DNA from: Mayamaea pseudoterrestris
Lineage: Eukaryota
Reading direction: 5' to 3'
Assembly (NCBI GenBank): GCA_027923505.1
Contig: BROI01000006.1
Span: 62,001 to 126,000 of the forward strand
DNA length: 64,000 nucleotides
Shown here: one piece after another, positions 36,679 through 47,542 of the stretch
Numbering within the stretch: position 1 is the first letter of the stretch
How the letters are laid out: every line of letters starts with the position of its first letter
The notes under the pieces: generated by a model
What the model was told of the DNA's origin: nothing
Seen by the model: the letters and a program-made list of their open reading frames with translations, nothing else
Databases searched by the model: none
Translations under genes and position numbers: made by a program

Positions 36679-37143
36679 ATGCAAAACAATCCAGCATATA
36701 CGCAACAGCACGACCAGCCAACACAGTTGCTGGCGCTGTACAAGAAGCTCTCTTCGCATCGGTCCGCTCATGTCTTTCGCAAAGCCGTCAAGGACGAGGA
36801 AGCTCCTGGATATTCCGATCGCATTCGATTCAAAATGGACTTGGGCCTCCTGCGTCGATTGATCGTTTCCAGTCAAGTCGTAAGCTACCACGACTTTCAC
36901 AAATATGCCGGTTTGATCGCTCACAATTGTGTCAAGTTCAATGGAAGAGAGAGTGACTACGGAATGCTGGCGCGCGAGTTTGAGCAAGCGGCGGATGAAA
37001 TGGTGCGACATGCTGTGCTGACGACAAGCGCGCAACAGCAAGGTGGCGCTAATAACAATGTCAGTCAAGACCGCGGCGCTGCAAATGTTGGCGCACAAGA
37101 AACCAGTGTGGACAATGCCGATGCAGAAATGGTTCAAGTTTGA
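36679..37143 (+). CDS. Small bromodomain protein
   Basis: HVFRKAV..EAPGYSDRI..MDL and IAHNCVKFN bromodomain motifs. Confidence 0.8.
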   Translation: MQNNPAYTQQHDQPTQLLALYKKLSSHRSAHVFRKAVKDEEAPGYSDRIRFKMDLGLLRRLIVSSQVVSYHDFHKYAGLIAHNCVKFNGRESDYGMLAREFEQAADEMVRHAVLTTSAQQQGGANNNVSQDRGAANVGAQETSVDNADAEMVQV

Positions 37144-37335
37144 TTTTAGATTGGCTGTGAATGTCAGCATGCACTGCACATTACATATTGCATTAGCAGC
37201 GTCGCTGGCAAACCATGCAAATCTTTGATATATGTACCTTCCAAGTGAAGTAAGGGATTTTCTTTATTTGCCATACATAAATAGGTTTCAATATGACTTT
37301 GTAATGTTTGTACTTGTTTAGAATCATATATGCAT

Positions 37336-40300
37336 CTACTGGCTTAAATTTGCGGTAGCGGTCACTTGAGTATGCAACGCACCAGCTTCGCGATGCGCTT
37401 GCTCCAGCGATAACTGTTGCTGCGACTGAAGGGATGCCATGAAGCGAGCCTTTAAGCCTTCATCACCGCTCAAGGTTTCTTGAAGGCGATGCAACGTTCC
37501 AGCAGCGCTTTGCTGTAAGACTTGATCCGTCGGGTAGTTGGCGAGGCACCATTCTAGCATTTGATAGCAGTTGGGCGTCCACAACAGGTCATTGTGATAG
37601 TCTTGGGTCAATGAAAGGTTGTGGAGCACGAGACATGCCCGGTTCAAAATCGCTTCGCTTGCGCAAAAGTTCTTCATCGACTGAACCACCAGTTGAACAA
37701 TCATGCCGACATTCTCGTCCAAAATGTCTCTCTCCGAAGAATCCTCGGCGGAACTATTTTCTCGCTCAGTGCCTTCGTCTTGGTCGAGGCTCACTGATGG
37801 AATGACAAGGTTCACCAACGCAAAAATGGCGCGGAACTGTACTTCGGCGTTGAAAGGGTGCGTCTGCATGGCAGCTGCCGTCACTTCAATGGCACCGAGA
37901 CGGACAAGCATCTCCTTCTGCGCCGGCGCCAAAGCAACGTTCACCAAGGACCAGCAACTCATGGCTTGAAGCGCGCCGTTGTCACGGAACCGACGCATCG
38001 AATCCAGCAACACTGCGATACCGTTTCGACCGCTCTCGGCACCGCCATTTTCAATGCTGAAAATGCCCGACGCATTGACCATGGATGTGTGAAACAGCAT
38101 GCCTTCTCGGCCGCCAAGAGGACGGGCTAGCAGAACGATAGTATGACAGGCTGCCGTGTGCAGCTCCGAACTGTCGGGAAACATGACCATGGCGCGGAAA
38201 ATGATATCCGTCAGACCAGCGCGCTGGGCAGTGATGCGCTGCTGCTCGTCATCTAATAGCGACGGAAGAACTTTCATGCACATGGTTTGAATGCCTTCCA
38301 CGTCCGAGAATGCCACCATCCAATTGACAATAGAGTAAATGGCGCATGACCATGGTAGCTCAACTGCAGTTCCCGCTGTCCCGTCCATTGTTGGCCCGAG
38401 CATGCGCTGCGTCAGCATTGAATGTCCATAAGTAACCTTTTTCTTCTTCTTGCTAGTCTTGTCAGCGTCGTTGCGGCGGCGCTTACGAGAATGCATTACT
38501 ATTTGGTCACATGCATCGCCGTTAGCATCATGATCTAAACTTCGATGATGCGCCTTGTGCGAAGCCTTTGAACGGCGGCGGGCAATCTTATTCATGCCTT
38601 CCACCTGCAGTAACTGCTGGTCGTGGTCTGACAAGCTGTTATCCGACACGGCAATGCCGCGGGCGCGGGCCAAAAACTCTTTTAGATTCTGATTTGTCTC
38701 AATATTCTTGAAGGTTGCTGGACCAGATCCGTAGTCAATGACTGAAGGCGGTCGTCCATTAACAGCGTCGTCCTTGATGCGCGTCAAATACTTCATACAA
38801 CGCACAAAGCTCGTATACAAAAGCCTGTGCTTGCCAAAGGTGACACGAAGTTCCGTCTCGACATTGGCCGACAAGTCGGAATCGTCGCTGCTGTCATTGC
38901 CATTACCGTGTACTTGAGCCTTGAATGGTTCCAAGAGGCAAAGCACGCGCCACAGCTCGGGCTGGCGTGTAAAGCTAAACAGCCAGTCCTTGGACAGGGG
39001 CATGGTCAAGACTTCCAAAATGTTGGGAGGTTCCAGAAAGGTTAACACATGCGCCATGATATCACCGCCGACGCAAAGAAGGGGTGACTTGCCGTCCATG
39101 AGACCGTTACTCGATGACTTTGATGATAACACGTTGTTGTCAGTTACAGCCGCAACTTGAAACTGCAGCGACGGGTCGGAGACTTGGAGTGGCACGGGCG
39201 GCCACGGAGCAGCATATGCAAACGCTTCATCTTCACTCGACACGGACGGAGACCTTGATGTTGGCGGCGACGGCGCAAAGGCTGCCATGAAGCTTTCCGT
39301 CATTTCATTGTCGGATGAACTTGATCCAAAGTCGGCAATATCCGATGATACCCCAGAGTCTTGCTTCTTGGCCAGTAGCATGGGACGCTTGGGGTCGCTG
39401 GTAGATCTTGTTGTCGCATCTTTGACGTTGCTTAGATGTCTCGCCTTTTTACTTTTGCGCAAGCTGTCGTCCGACGACGAACATGACCCGCCGTTGTTGT
39501 CTTCATCATTGGCCGAGGCTGACCCGGCGTAGCCGCCTTCCGTGCCACTCCCCGAGGAGCTGCCATTGTCGGTGGACGCAGTCGATAGTCTCTTGGAAGT
39601 AGTAGCCATTGACTTTTGCTGGACTTGTGACGAATCTTGCATTGACGCGCATACAGACGTCTTGACGGTCACGCTGTTGAGCGGCTTGCTGTGCTGCTTG
39701 CGGTGGCGATCCGTTGTAGTAGTTGTTGATGACGTTCGCTTGGCCTGCATGATTCGTTGCATGGTCATGCGAATCGTTTCCAGCGCCGGTTCCTTGCCCG
39801 GCTCGACTAGCTCCTTGATTTCCCGACGAAAATCGGATCCGCCTGAGTACACGTCAAACTCCAAGCAAGGCTCGTTGGAGAGGGAGGCAACCACGGCGTG
39901 GTGATGATGAGTGTTGGAGGAAACGTGCTCCGCGGCGCGGTCAGCCCGTGACTTGCGAAATGACCGACTACCCGTAGCTCCATGCGCTCGGTGTCTATGG
40001 CTGCTTGCTTCTGGCCACTTTGCTACTTGCTGGACGTTCAGTGATGATGCATCGTCGTGATGATTCGAATCCGAGGTCGAAGTGGTAATTGATCCAGTCA
40101 CGGCCACGACGGAAGCATTCTGCTCCATGTCGCAACTGCTGCTTCCGTCGTTGTTGCTGCTACTAAATGCATTGTCAATCACCTCTTGATCCTTCAGCTT
40201 TTGCTCGCGCATATTTCCGGCAATGTTTGCCAGGGAACATGATAGTGCATCCGCAATGGCCGCGTCGGAACAAGAGTACGATTCGCTTGTCGATGCTGCT

Positions 40301-40461
40301 TTAGTGCTCGTTTCGGCAGATGAAACCGTCACTGCCGCATTGTCACGTTCCCATAATGATTGCGAGCTAATGTTGACTGGTTCGCACGAGGCGTCAAGAT
40401 GAACTTGCTCATTTTCTGCCGCCAATTGCGAAACTAATCGTTGCACGCTTTGTTCGTCCAT
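37336..40461 (-). CDS. F-box plus armadillo-repeat protein with long Ser-rich disordered N-terminus
   Basis: F-box-like GDIMAHVLTFLEP...KDW...LWRVLC, basic NLS RKRRR..KKKKK, ARM-like repeats (AMVMFPDSSELH, SMRRFRDNGALQ, AMQTHPFNAEVQ). Confidence 0.8.
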   Translation of the reverse strand: MDEQSVQRLVSQLAAENEQVHLDASCEPVNISSQSLWERDNAAVTVSSAETSTKAASTSESYSCSDAAIADALSCSLANIAGNMREQKLKDQEVIDNAFSSSNNDGSSSCDMEQNASVVAVTGSITTSTSDSNHHDDASSLNVQQVAKWPEASSHRHRAHGATGSRSFRKSRADRAAEHVSSNTHHHHAVVASLSNEPCLEFDVYSGGSDFRREIKELVEPGKEPALETIRMTMQRIMQAKRTSSTTTTTDRHRKQHSKPLNSVTVKTSVCASMQDSSQVQQKSMATTSKRLSTASTDNGSSSGSGTEGGYAGSASANDEDNNGGSCSSSDDSLRKSKKARHLSNVKDATTRSTSDPKRPMLLAKKQDSGVSSDIADFGSSSSDNEMTESFMAAFAPSPPTSRSPSVSSEDEAFAYAAPWPPVPLQVSDPSLQFQVAAVTDNNVLSSKSSSNGLMDGKSPLLCVGGDIMAHVLTFLEPPNILEVLTMPLSKDWLFSFTRQPELWRVLCLLEPFKAQVHGNGNDSSDDSDLSANVETELRVTFGKHRLLYTSFVRCMKYLTRIKDDAVNGRPPSVIDYGSGPATFKNIETNQNLKEFLARARGIAVSDNSLSDHDQQLLQVEGMNKIARRRSKASHKAHHRSLDHDANGDACDQIVMHSRKRRRNDADKTSKKKKKVTYGHSMLTQRMLGPTMDGTAGTAVELPWSCAIYSIVNWMVAFSDVEGIQTMCMKVLPSLLDDEQQRITAQRAGLTDIIFRAMVMFPDSSELHTAACHTIVLLARPLGGREGMLFHTSMVNASGIFSIENGGAESGRNGIAVLLDSMRRFRDNGALQAMSCWSLVNVALAPAQKEMLVRLGAIEVTAAAMQTHPFNAEVQFRAIFALVNLVIPSVSLDQDEGTERENSSAEDSSERDILDENVGMIVQLVVQSMKNFCASEAILNRACLVLHNLSLTQDYHNDLLWTPNCYQMLEWCLANYPTDQVLQQSAAGTLHRLQETLSGDEGLKARFMASLQSQQQLSLEQAHREAGALHTQVTATANLSQ

Positions 40462-41325
40462 CGTGTGTATGCAATCTCTGGTATGTATGATTGCTTTGAT
40501 CAGCAACAAGTAGCTCTGCAGATTGTCTTTCGTTGTATAAAGTATGATTGCTTGTTCTTTTATCGATCTTGGTTATTTTTATGCGCAGAGGGACAATACC
40601 CATCAATCGAATCGTCGGCAGATGCTCCGGAGTCCCATGGTGTGCAAATCATGTCACGCGACGGAAAAGGAAGAGCCGCCTGTCGACAGCTGCTGCATCT
40701 TGGTCCATGGACTTCCTCAATGGGCAATAGTGGAAGGTAACAGATGGCTATCACAGGCCGGAAAAATGAATCATAAAGGTATTGCCCCTAAACGTCACTC
40801 GTTTTCGGTGCCTTCTGTTGTTGAAAATAATTGCGCCGAGGCTATAGCTAGGAAACGAGCGAACGAAGCACAGATGGATCGGAACCCTTGGAACCGCAGA
40901 TGGGAAAAATGTCATTATGACTCTACGGCACAATGTACTCCAGGTTCGGCGCGTCACAGACGCACGAGGGCTGTTGGTTGCTTTAGCGTGAGCTAGCAAT
41001 ACAGTGCCAAGGATCATTTGTTGTTCGAGCATGATGATAAAAATGGAGGCTAGATCTAACTGTACTTAATTTGGCAAGCGCTAGCCAGCTGAGTGTTAAA
41101 ATACACTTCCTTTATAGTAATAGTCACACCTTTTGTAAGCCCTTTGACGAACTGCGACGGACACAGAGCGACCGAAAGTGCTACTCTATTTGCGGTACAT
41201 TCCTCCCAAAAACTGAGTACAGCTTTGATTAATGACTAAGAACTCTTACATATTAAAACTTGTTCAGCCATGTCTTAACATTGATTGGGGTTTGCACGCA
41301 CAGGGTCGTCAACATACAAAATCGT

Positions 41326-42578
41326 CTACTTTGAAATCTTGCGCTTCGACCGTGTGGCGGGCCCAGTCTTGGTGTTCATCGCCTCCATTAACTTGTCATG
41401 TACAACATTTTTAATCAAATCCAAGTTATTTCCTTTGACCATGTCCCATGCAGCTTGAAAGAGCGGATCGCATACAGCCGCTTGCGGTCTTGTTGTTTTC
41501 GGCGCTCGACGGTAAATGTAAGCCATGTGGCCTTCCTTCGACCCATGCATTGACGTTGGCAACTGCGTCAAAAGTTCCAAGTCAAAGTCCCAGTCGGTAA
41601 TCATGTGTCGTGGTCCGCTGTAGCAAATCATGTATTGAGAGGAACTGTCGTTCCACGTGTCCGACAAGTGACCCCATAGTGCTGGTGGGAAACTGAAAGG
41701 AGGTCAGGTGAAATGAGGAGAATGAGATACAAGGGTTAGTTTAGCCAACATTGATCGCTAAATGCAAACAAGCAGCCCACTCACCCGCAACTGAACATGT
41801 AGACGTGCGTAAACGGATCAAACGACTCTGCTTCACTTATGTCGCCACAATCAAACATGCATCGATGCTGAATGAATTCAGTGTCTTGCTCATCGATATT
41901 TTGTTTACTTGCAGCTTCCAATACGCCATTCAAGCAAGTCATGCCAAGGAGCCATCGATCATGTTCGACCTCAATCCCATAACTGAATTCAACGCCAGGA
42001 TCTTGTGCCACATGCAGATTGGGCTTGCCGATTCCGGAGCCTACATCGATAAAGCGACTCGACTTGTTCAATTTAGTGTGCTCAATCATTGCGTTAATAA
42101 CCTTTTGCATTGATCCCATGGTGAGTTCGCCGTAAATTGGTCCAGACGATCCGTTTCCACCAATCGAGCCAGTGAGCTTGCGGACAATGCTGTACACTTG
42201 TCGAACATTGTCACGGACTGTTACTTCGTTGACGAGCCGCCCAAACAGAAGTTTGCGCTTGGCAGGAGAGTCGGCTTCCTGCTGCTGCTTCTGGGGGTGC
42301 CGAATGGGACGCGCCGGAGTCACCGGATGGACCTGCTGCGACGCACTCGTTCCGTCGCGGAAAAGAGCTTTCTGTATATCATGTCGCTCCCCTGCAACAG
42401 CGACTCCTTGGGATCTAGCACCTGATGGAGTTACGATTGACTCGCGTGGTTGTGCAATTGCTGCATCTTCATCAGTCGATGGATATTCAACTTCCCTTGG
42501 AACATTCTTTGGCAGTGAGGCTCTGGCCTTTCGAACGCTCTTCTTCTTTGCCGATTCTTGCTTGCCCGTCTTGACCAT
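41326..42578 (-). CDS. DOT1: DOT1-family methyltransferase (copy B, one intron)
   Basis: Near-identical protein and the same intron as 1627-2885. Confidence 0.82.
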
Positions 42579-43040
42579 AGTTTGCGAGTTATCGACTAGT
42601 AACCGTGCAAGGTGTACAGCAGAAGATGGATAACAACGGTAAAAGGCCGCGCCGCTGTTCAAAGGAATCGACGGAGAGTTTGTTTCTTTTGTTCCTTGCT
42701 GCGGCCTTTCGGCGATCTTCATTAGCGATTCGAGGTACACTGATTACCGGAGCGACGGTTGTTCTGTCGCGGGACAAGGCATCCGTTTTTGTGGGACGAA
42801 TCAGGGACAGTGGACGAGAGATTGAACAGTCAATCAATGATAGTAAACAGTATTAAGTAAGTTCTCTTATCAGGCAGTAAGAGGAAGATTTTATGGTTTC
42901 ACTACTAATAGTGCAAGGCAAACGGAAGGAGCCCTAACAGCAGAGGGATGAGACGGCGTCTCAGAGAATCATTACACTCTTGCTTTCCGTCTACTACTGT
43001 ATACACCACCTCTAAACATGTCTTTCAAACGATCATCTAT

Positions 43041-43691
43041 TTAAAACTCGTCATTCGCCAAATGCTCCGTCTCCTTGACTCTTTTGACAAACTCTTCCTT
43101 TTCCACACACCCCTTGCATTCAACACCACGATCCGCTAGAATCTGCTTGAGTTGCTTGACTCGAAGCTTTGAAATATCCTTGACTTCCATCTTTTCAGTC
43201 TTGACTGGATTCTTGACGGTGCAGATTTCCGGATTGCTCTTGTTGATGCGTTCACAAACCTTGAGTGAAGACATGCCTAAGCTAAATGGTTGTGCCACAT
43301 CGCGCTTGATTGGGTCAATGTAGTAGCAAATCTTCTTTTCCTTACTATTCAAAGTGTCTCTCGCGCAGTATGCTCCCAGTGCGGCTTCAATTTCTGGTTT
43401 CTTGTTCAAATGTTCCTTGGCAAGGGTTGCGCGCACGTCGTCCATGACCTTGACGCAAACTGCAATGATTAATTAGAAAAGAGGATAAGTCAAAACAAGA
43501 ATTTTCTTCATGGAACTCGGAAGCAGCTTCCCAACAATTGGTTTCTCGTCTATACGCTCCACATTGTCGTCTCCAATACATCGGCCAATAGGACGGCAAG
43601 ACGAGATAAGGCAGCACGCACCTTCGCATTCTCCGGCGGCTGCAATGCCAATCCAAACTAAAATCAATGCTAATGATCTTAAAGGTACCAT
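43041..43691 (-). CDS. MANF: MANF/ARMET-like protein (copy B)
   Basis: The 134-aa exon-2 translation is identical to copy A. Confidence 0.88.
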
Positions 43692-43921
43692 GTTATCTGT
43701 CTATAATATGTTTGTTATGCAGCGCTGATGTTTGGGAAAGAGGGTCTGGCTTGTCGAGTCTGTGACAATCGCTTGGTCGGTCGGCCATGCTGAAACGACG
43801 AGGCGCGACACGTGGAATGACCATGCGTCAGGAGAAAAGGTTAAGGCTACCGGTACTTTCATTCGTGGTGTGACTTCTGCTACCCGCACATGCCGTGCAA
43901 GTAGGCGCTTTTGGCGACGGC

Positions 43922-43955
43922 ACTAATGGATGGACTAATGGATGGACTAATGGAT
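43922..43955 (+). repeat. 12-bp tandem repeat (actaatggatgg x ~2.8)
   Basis: Seen directly. Absent at the homologous position in copy A. Confidence 0.8.
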
Positions 43956-43991
43956 AGAATATACTCTGAGTAGCACTCCTACAACCATCAT

Positions 43992-45593
43992 TTACCACTT
44001 TAGTTCCATACGCATCCAAGATGCCGTGGGTTCATCTCCTCCTACACTAATCCAAATATCGCTTGGGCAATGACCACCTACATCCGGCATGCCTCCCATT
44101 GCCTTTTCTCCCTCCGACAGGCCTGCTCCGCCAGTTTCCATCGGCTGAGCTAGCCACTCCAACATGATTCTATTCTTGCGCTGCGCCGCCTTGTGCACTG
44201 CCGAATGCCCTTGCTTCTGCTGCTCCACAAATGACACGTTGAGCGACTGCAGCCAGCAACAAAACTCGCGATACGTGTCAACGTTTGTTTCGGCCGTCGT
44301 TGGCATCATGGCAAGCCAGTGCGCACAATGACATCCCCATTCGTTGCGAGCAAACGTCTCGGCACCATGCTCCACCAGCACTCGAGCCGCCTCCAAGTGA
44401 CCACCAAAGCAGGCCAAATGTAGCGGTGTCGTGCCGTCACCTGATCGTACGTCAATGTTATATAATTTCTGCTCGAGCAAGTACTTTATGCAATTGACGT
44501 GTCCATTGCGCGCCGCGTAGTGCAACGAAGTCTTTCCGTCGCGTCGCCTTAGCTTTTTATTGGTATTCATGGTGGGCGTCATGAGTGGCGGCGTCGTCGT
44601 TGTGCTACTGTCAACGCCATTTGAACCAGTTGGAAGCGAGTCATTGCCAGACGAATTACTAGCGCAATACGTTTGTGTCAGTTGGCTCAAATATGCGAGG
44701 CAGTCCAAATGTCCGCCACCAGCCGCCCAGTGCTCCGCCACGGATCCGTGACGATCCCTCGTCAGCAGCAGCTTGGTCACGCCGTCGTTGCCCGCACGTT
44801 GTTGAGCTTGGTCCACCATTCGTTGCAAGCCATTCAAGTCGCCGTTCGATGCAAGCTGCAAGAACTCTGGCAAACTCGTGCGATACGATTGGACCATGTG
44901 ACCCGATCTATTCACTCCTGGTCCAAGAATGGTCACTGTTTCCGTTGTTGCATCGGCACCATGGTGGGTCACGTTGGCAACACTTTTGGCACGCTCCTCC
45001 GTCTCTTGGACAATCTTTAGTACTTGAGCGTCCCAGTCGTTTATGTCTTGCTGGGTCGGCGTGGTCACTGAAGGAACATTGCGTAGAGAAGCGTTAATGC
45101 AAGCATCATTGTTCCTCCGTTGTCGCTTCGTCTTGACTGAGTTGATATGTTTTTGCTCGTCAGTCACAGGTTCCTTCTGCTGCAACGTCTCCACTTGGTT
45201 AGTAGTTTCATTCTTTGGCTCTGATTCTTTCATTCCAGCCTTCTGATGCGGATTGTTTCTGCTGTTTTTGTTGCTGCTAATCATTCTATGATCCTTCTGC
45301 TTCCATGGCGCATGCACGGCGTGCAAGTGAGCGGCAATGCCTCGTCCCAAGGCGAAGCGCTTCGGCTGCTGCTTCCTCTTGCAGTTACTCGCTATCTCAC
45401 AGAGAGGACAAGTCGTCCATCCGCTTGTGGATCCTCGGCCAGTCTTGGCGGCAAGCAATGGTGTCGTTGCTGTCGAGGAAGTGGACGAAGTTGCGACGGA
45501 TGGCATTGACGTCGCCGCCGCATTCGACACTGCCAAACGAGAAATGGCATCCGCCTTTCGCTTACAAGAGACGTCAAGTTCATCTCTTGACAT
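43992..45593 (-). CDS. Ankyrin-repeat/C2H2 protein (copy B)
   Basis: Homologous to 4290-5831, with in-frame indels only. Confidence 0.88.
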   Translation of the reverse strand: MSRDELDVSCKRKADAISRLAVSNAAATSMPSVATSSTSSTATTPLLAAKTGRGSTSGWTTCPLCEIASNCKRKQQPKRFALGRGIAAHLHAVHAPWKQKDHRMISSNKNSRNNPHQKAGMKESEPKNETTNQVETLQQKEPVTDEQKHINSVKTKRQRRNNDACINASLRNVPSVTTPTQQDINDWDAQVLKIVQETEERAKSVANVTHHGADATTETVTILGPGVNRSGHMVQSYRTSLPEFLQLASNGDLNGLQRMVDQAQQRAGNDGVTKLLLTRDRHGSVAEHWAAGGGHLDCLAYLSQLTQTYCASNSSGNDSLPTGSNGVDSSTTTTPPLMTPTMNTNKKLRRRDGKTSLHYAARNGHVNCIKYLLEQKLYNIDVRSGDGTTPLHLACFGGHLEAARVLVEHGAETFARNEWGCHCAHWLAMMPTTAETNVDTYREFCCWLQSLNVSFVEQQKQGHSAVHKAAQRKNRIMLEWLAQPMETGGAGLSEGEKAMGGMPDVGGHCPSDIWISVGGDEPTASWMRMELKW

Positions 45594-45809
45594 TTTCAGG
45601 TTAGTGTTTTCTGTTGTCTGATGAACAGTGAAGCGTTACGAGTAGTCAATTTGTCTCATGAGATCGCGGTCGAATGCAAAAGGAACGACTTTGCCATTAA
45701 CGATGCGACATCCGTTTCTCTCGGCCATTCGAGAATTTGGGACGACGACAATGGAGAAGTAAAGTAATGTGACTGGCACCACGCAAGCGATCGACTCGAC
45801 TTGACTAGG

Positions 45810-47335
45810 ATGAATCGCATACTAGTCGCTGCGGTCACGATAACGTCAGTAGCACTGGTAGAATCAACCAAGATTTTGGAGTTTCGCCCCGACGGATCGT
45901 TCCACAGTCTCGAAAACAAACGAAGAAACGCCATCGATTGCCGCGATCAGCATGAACTATGCTCCTTCTGGGCCGAAGCGGGCGAATGCACGTCCAATGC
46001 TGATTTCATGGAGACTGGCTGTCCGAAGAGTTGCGACACTTGTGAAGTGGCAGCAGCAGCACAATCGCATCATGCATTACACGACCATGAGCTCGTTGAC
46101 GTGAAAATCACTCCGGAACAAGCAACGCAGCTACTGGAGCAATCGCTCGACTTTGGTGTGCGCCAGTCTGCCGTTGGAAACGACGCCAAGGGAACCCTCT
46201 TGAGAATACAAAAAACGATTGACTACATGAAGGACGAAAAGACGCTGGCTCTTCCCTTTGATATATTAGACAACTGTTTGAACGGTCATGAACTATGCAG
46301 CTTTTGGGGTTATTCGGGTGAATGCGAAACAAACAAAGTGTTTATGAACTTGAACTGCGCTCCCACGTGCTTTGCCTGCAACTTGGTGGACATGGAGGAG
46401 GAGCGATGCCCGTTGGTGCATGACGCGGAACCTGCGCTGCGGCCCGGTGATTTGAATCAGGTACAGTATCATTTTGGTTTGTATTTTGACAATACCGTTG
46501 TGCCCAACGTCATTATTCATATCATTTACTACTTGTCTTTCATAAACTCTAGATGTTTGCGAGAATCGTCGACATGGCACCTAGTGACTGGGAGCTTGAC
46601 GAATCGGCGCACTCAACAGACGAAAGCCTTGCGAAAATGTCGGTCCAAGTCCTTTCATCACCAGGCGATGCCATGTCGGATGATGAAATATCTATCGACT
46701 TTGACAAGTCGGCTCCCCCTTGGATCCTTGTTTTGACCAACCTGCTTTCGGACGACGAATGCGATGCCTTGCTTGAGCTTGGTGACAAGTATGAGTTCGT
46801 TCGCTCATTGGACTTGGGCCCGCAGCGCTTCGACGGCAGTTTCGAGCATGTCTCGAGTGACCGCTTGACGACGTATGAATCGTGGTGCTCGGAGCGCTTG
46901 GGCTGCCGCAGCGAAGACGTTGCTTCTCGTGTTCATGAGCGAATCGCTGCCATGTTGGACGTTGCAGCAGAAAATAGCGAGAACCTTCAAGTCATACGGA
47001 TGCAGGAGGGGCAGTTTCATCGAACACATCACGACTTTCAAGCTCATCAAACTGATCTTCAGTGCGGACCTAGAATACTGAGTCTGCATATATTCCTCAA
47101 CGACGCTGACGATGGAGGAGGAGGAGGTGTCGAGTTTCCGTTTCTTGATCTGACCGTGAAACCCAGAAAAGGACAAGCACTGCTCTGGCCAAACGTTTTG
47201 AATTCGAATCCAATGCTGAAGGACGAACGGCTGTTTCATCAGCTGCTGGAAGTGGGCGAGGGAGTCCAATATGCCGCGAAGGCGCATTTGCACCTCTACG
47301 ACTTCCTCACTCCGCATACCAATAATTGCTTCTAG
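45810..47335 (+). CDS. ShKT-domain prolyl 4-hydroxylase-like (copy B, one intron)
   Basis: Homologous to 6051-7572. Confidence 0.88.
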
Positions 47336-47542
47336 ACACCTTTTTGACTTTGTACATGACTTGCAGACATATCATGCTGTCTATCCCTTGCAGGCAACTC
47401 TACAATTGTGAGACTACCAAGCTATCATTTCTCAAGACTGTCGTACCGGTACCGACTGCGACATCTCGTCGAGATCGCGTCCAACCAACACAATGAAGCG
47501 AAGCGATCTCGACATTAGTCATTGGCTTGCTACACTTTCGCC

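Noticed and set aside
1627..37143. DOT1, acidic protein, lysine methyltransferase and bromodomain as a chromatin gene cluster
   Set aside because: They are interspersed with unrelated housekeeping genes, and FAM173-type enzymes are not histone-directed. Nothing in the sequence indicates co-regulation.
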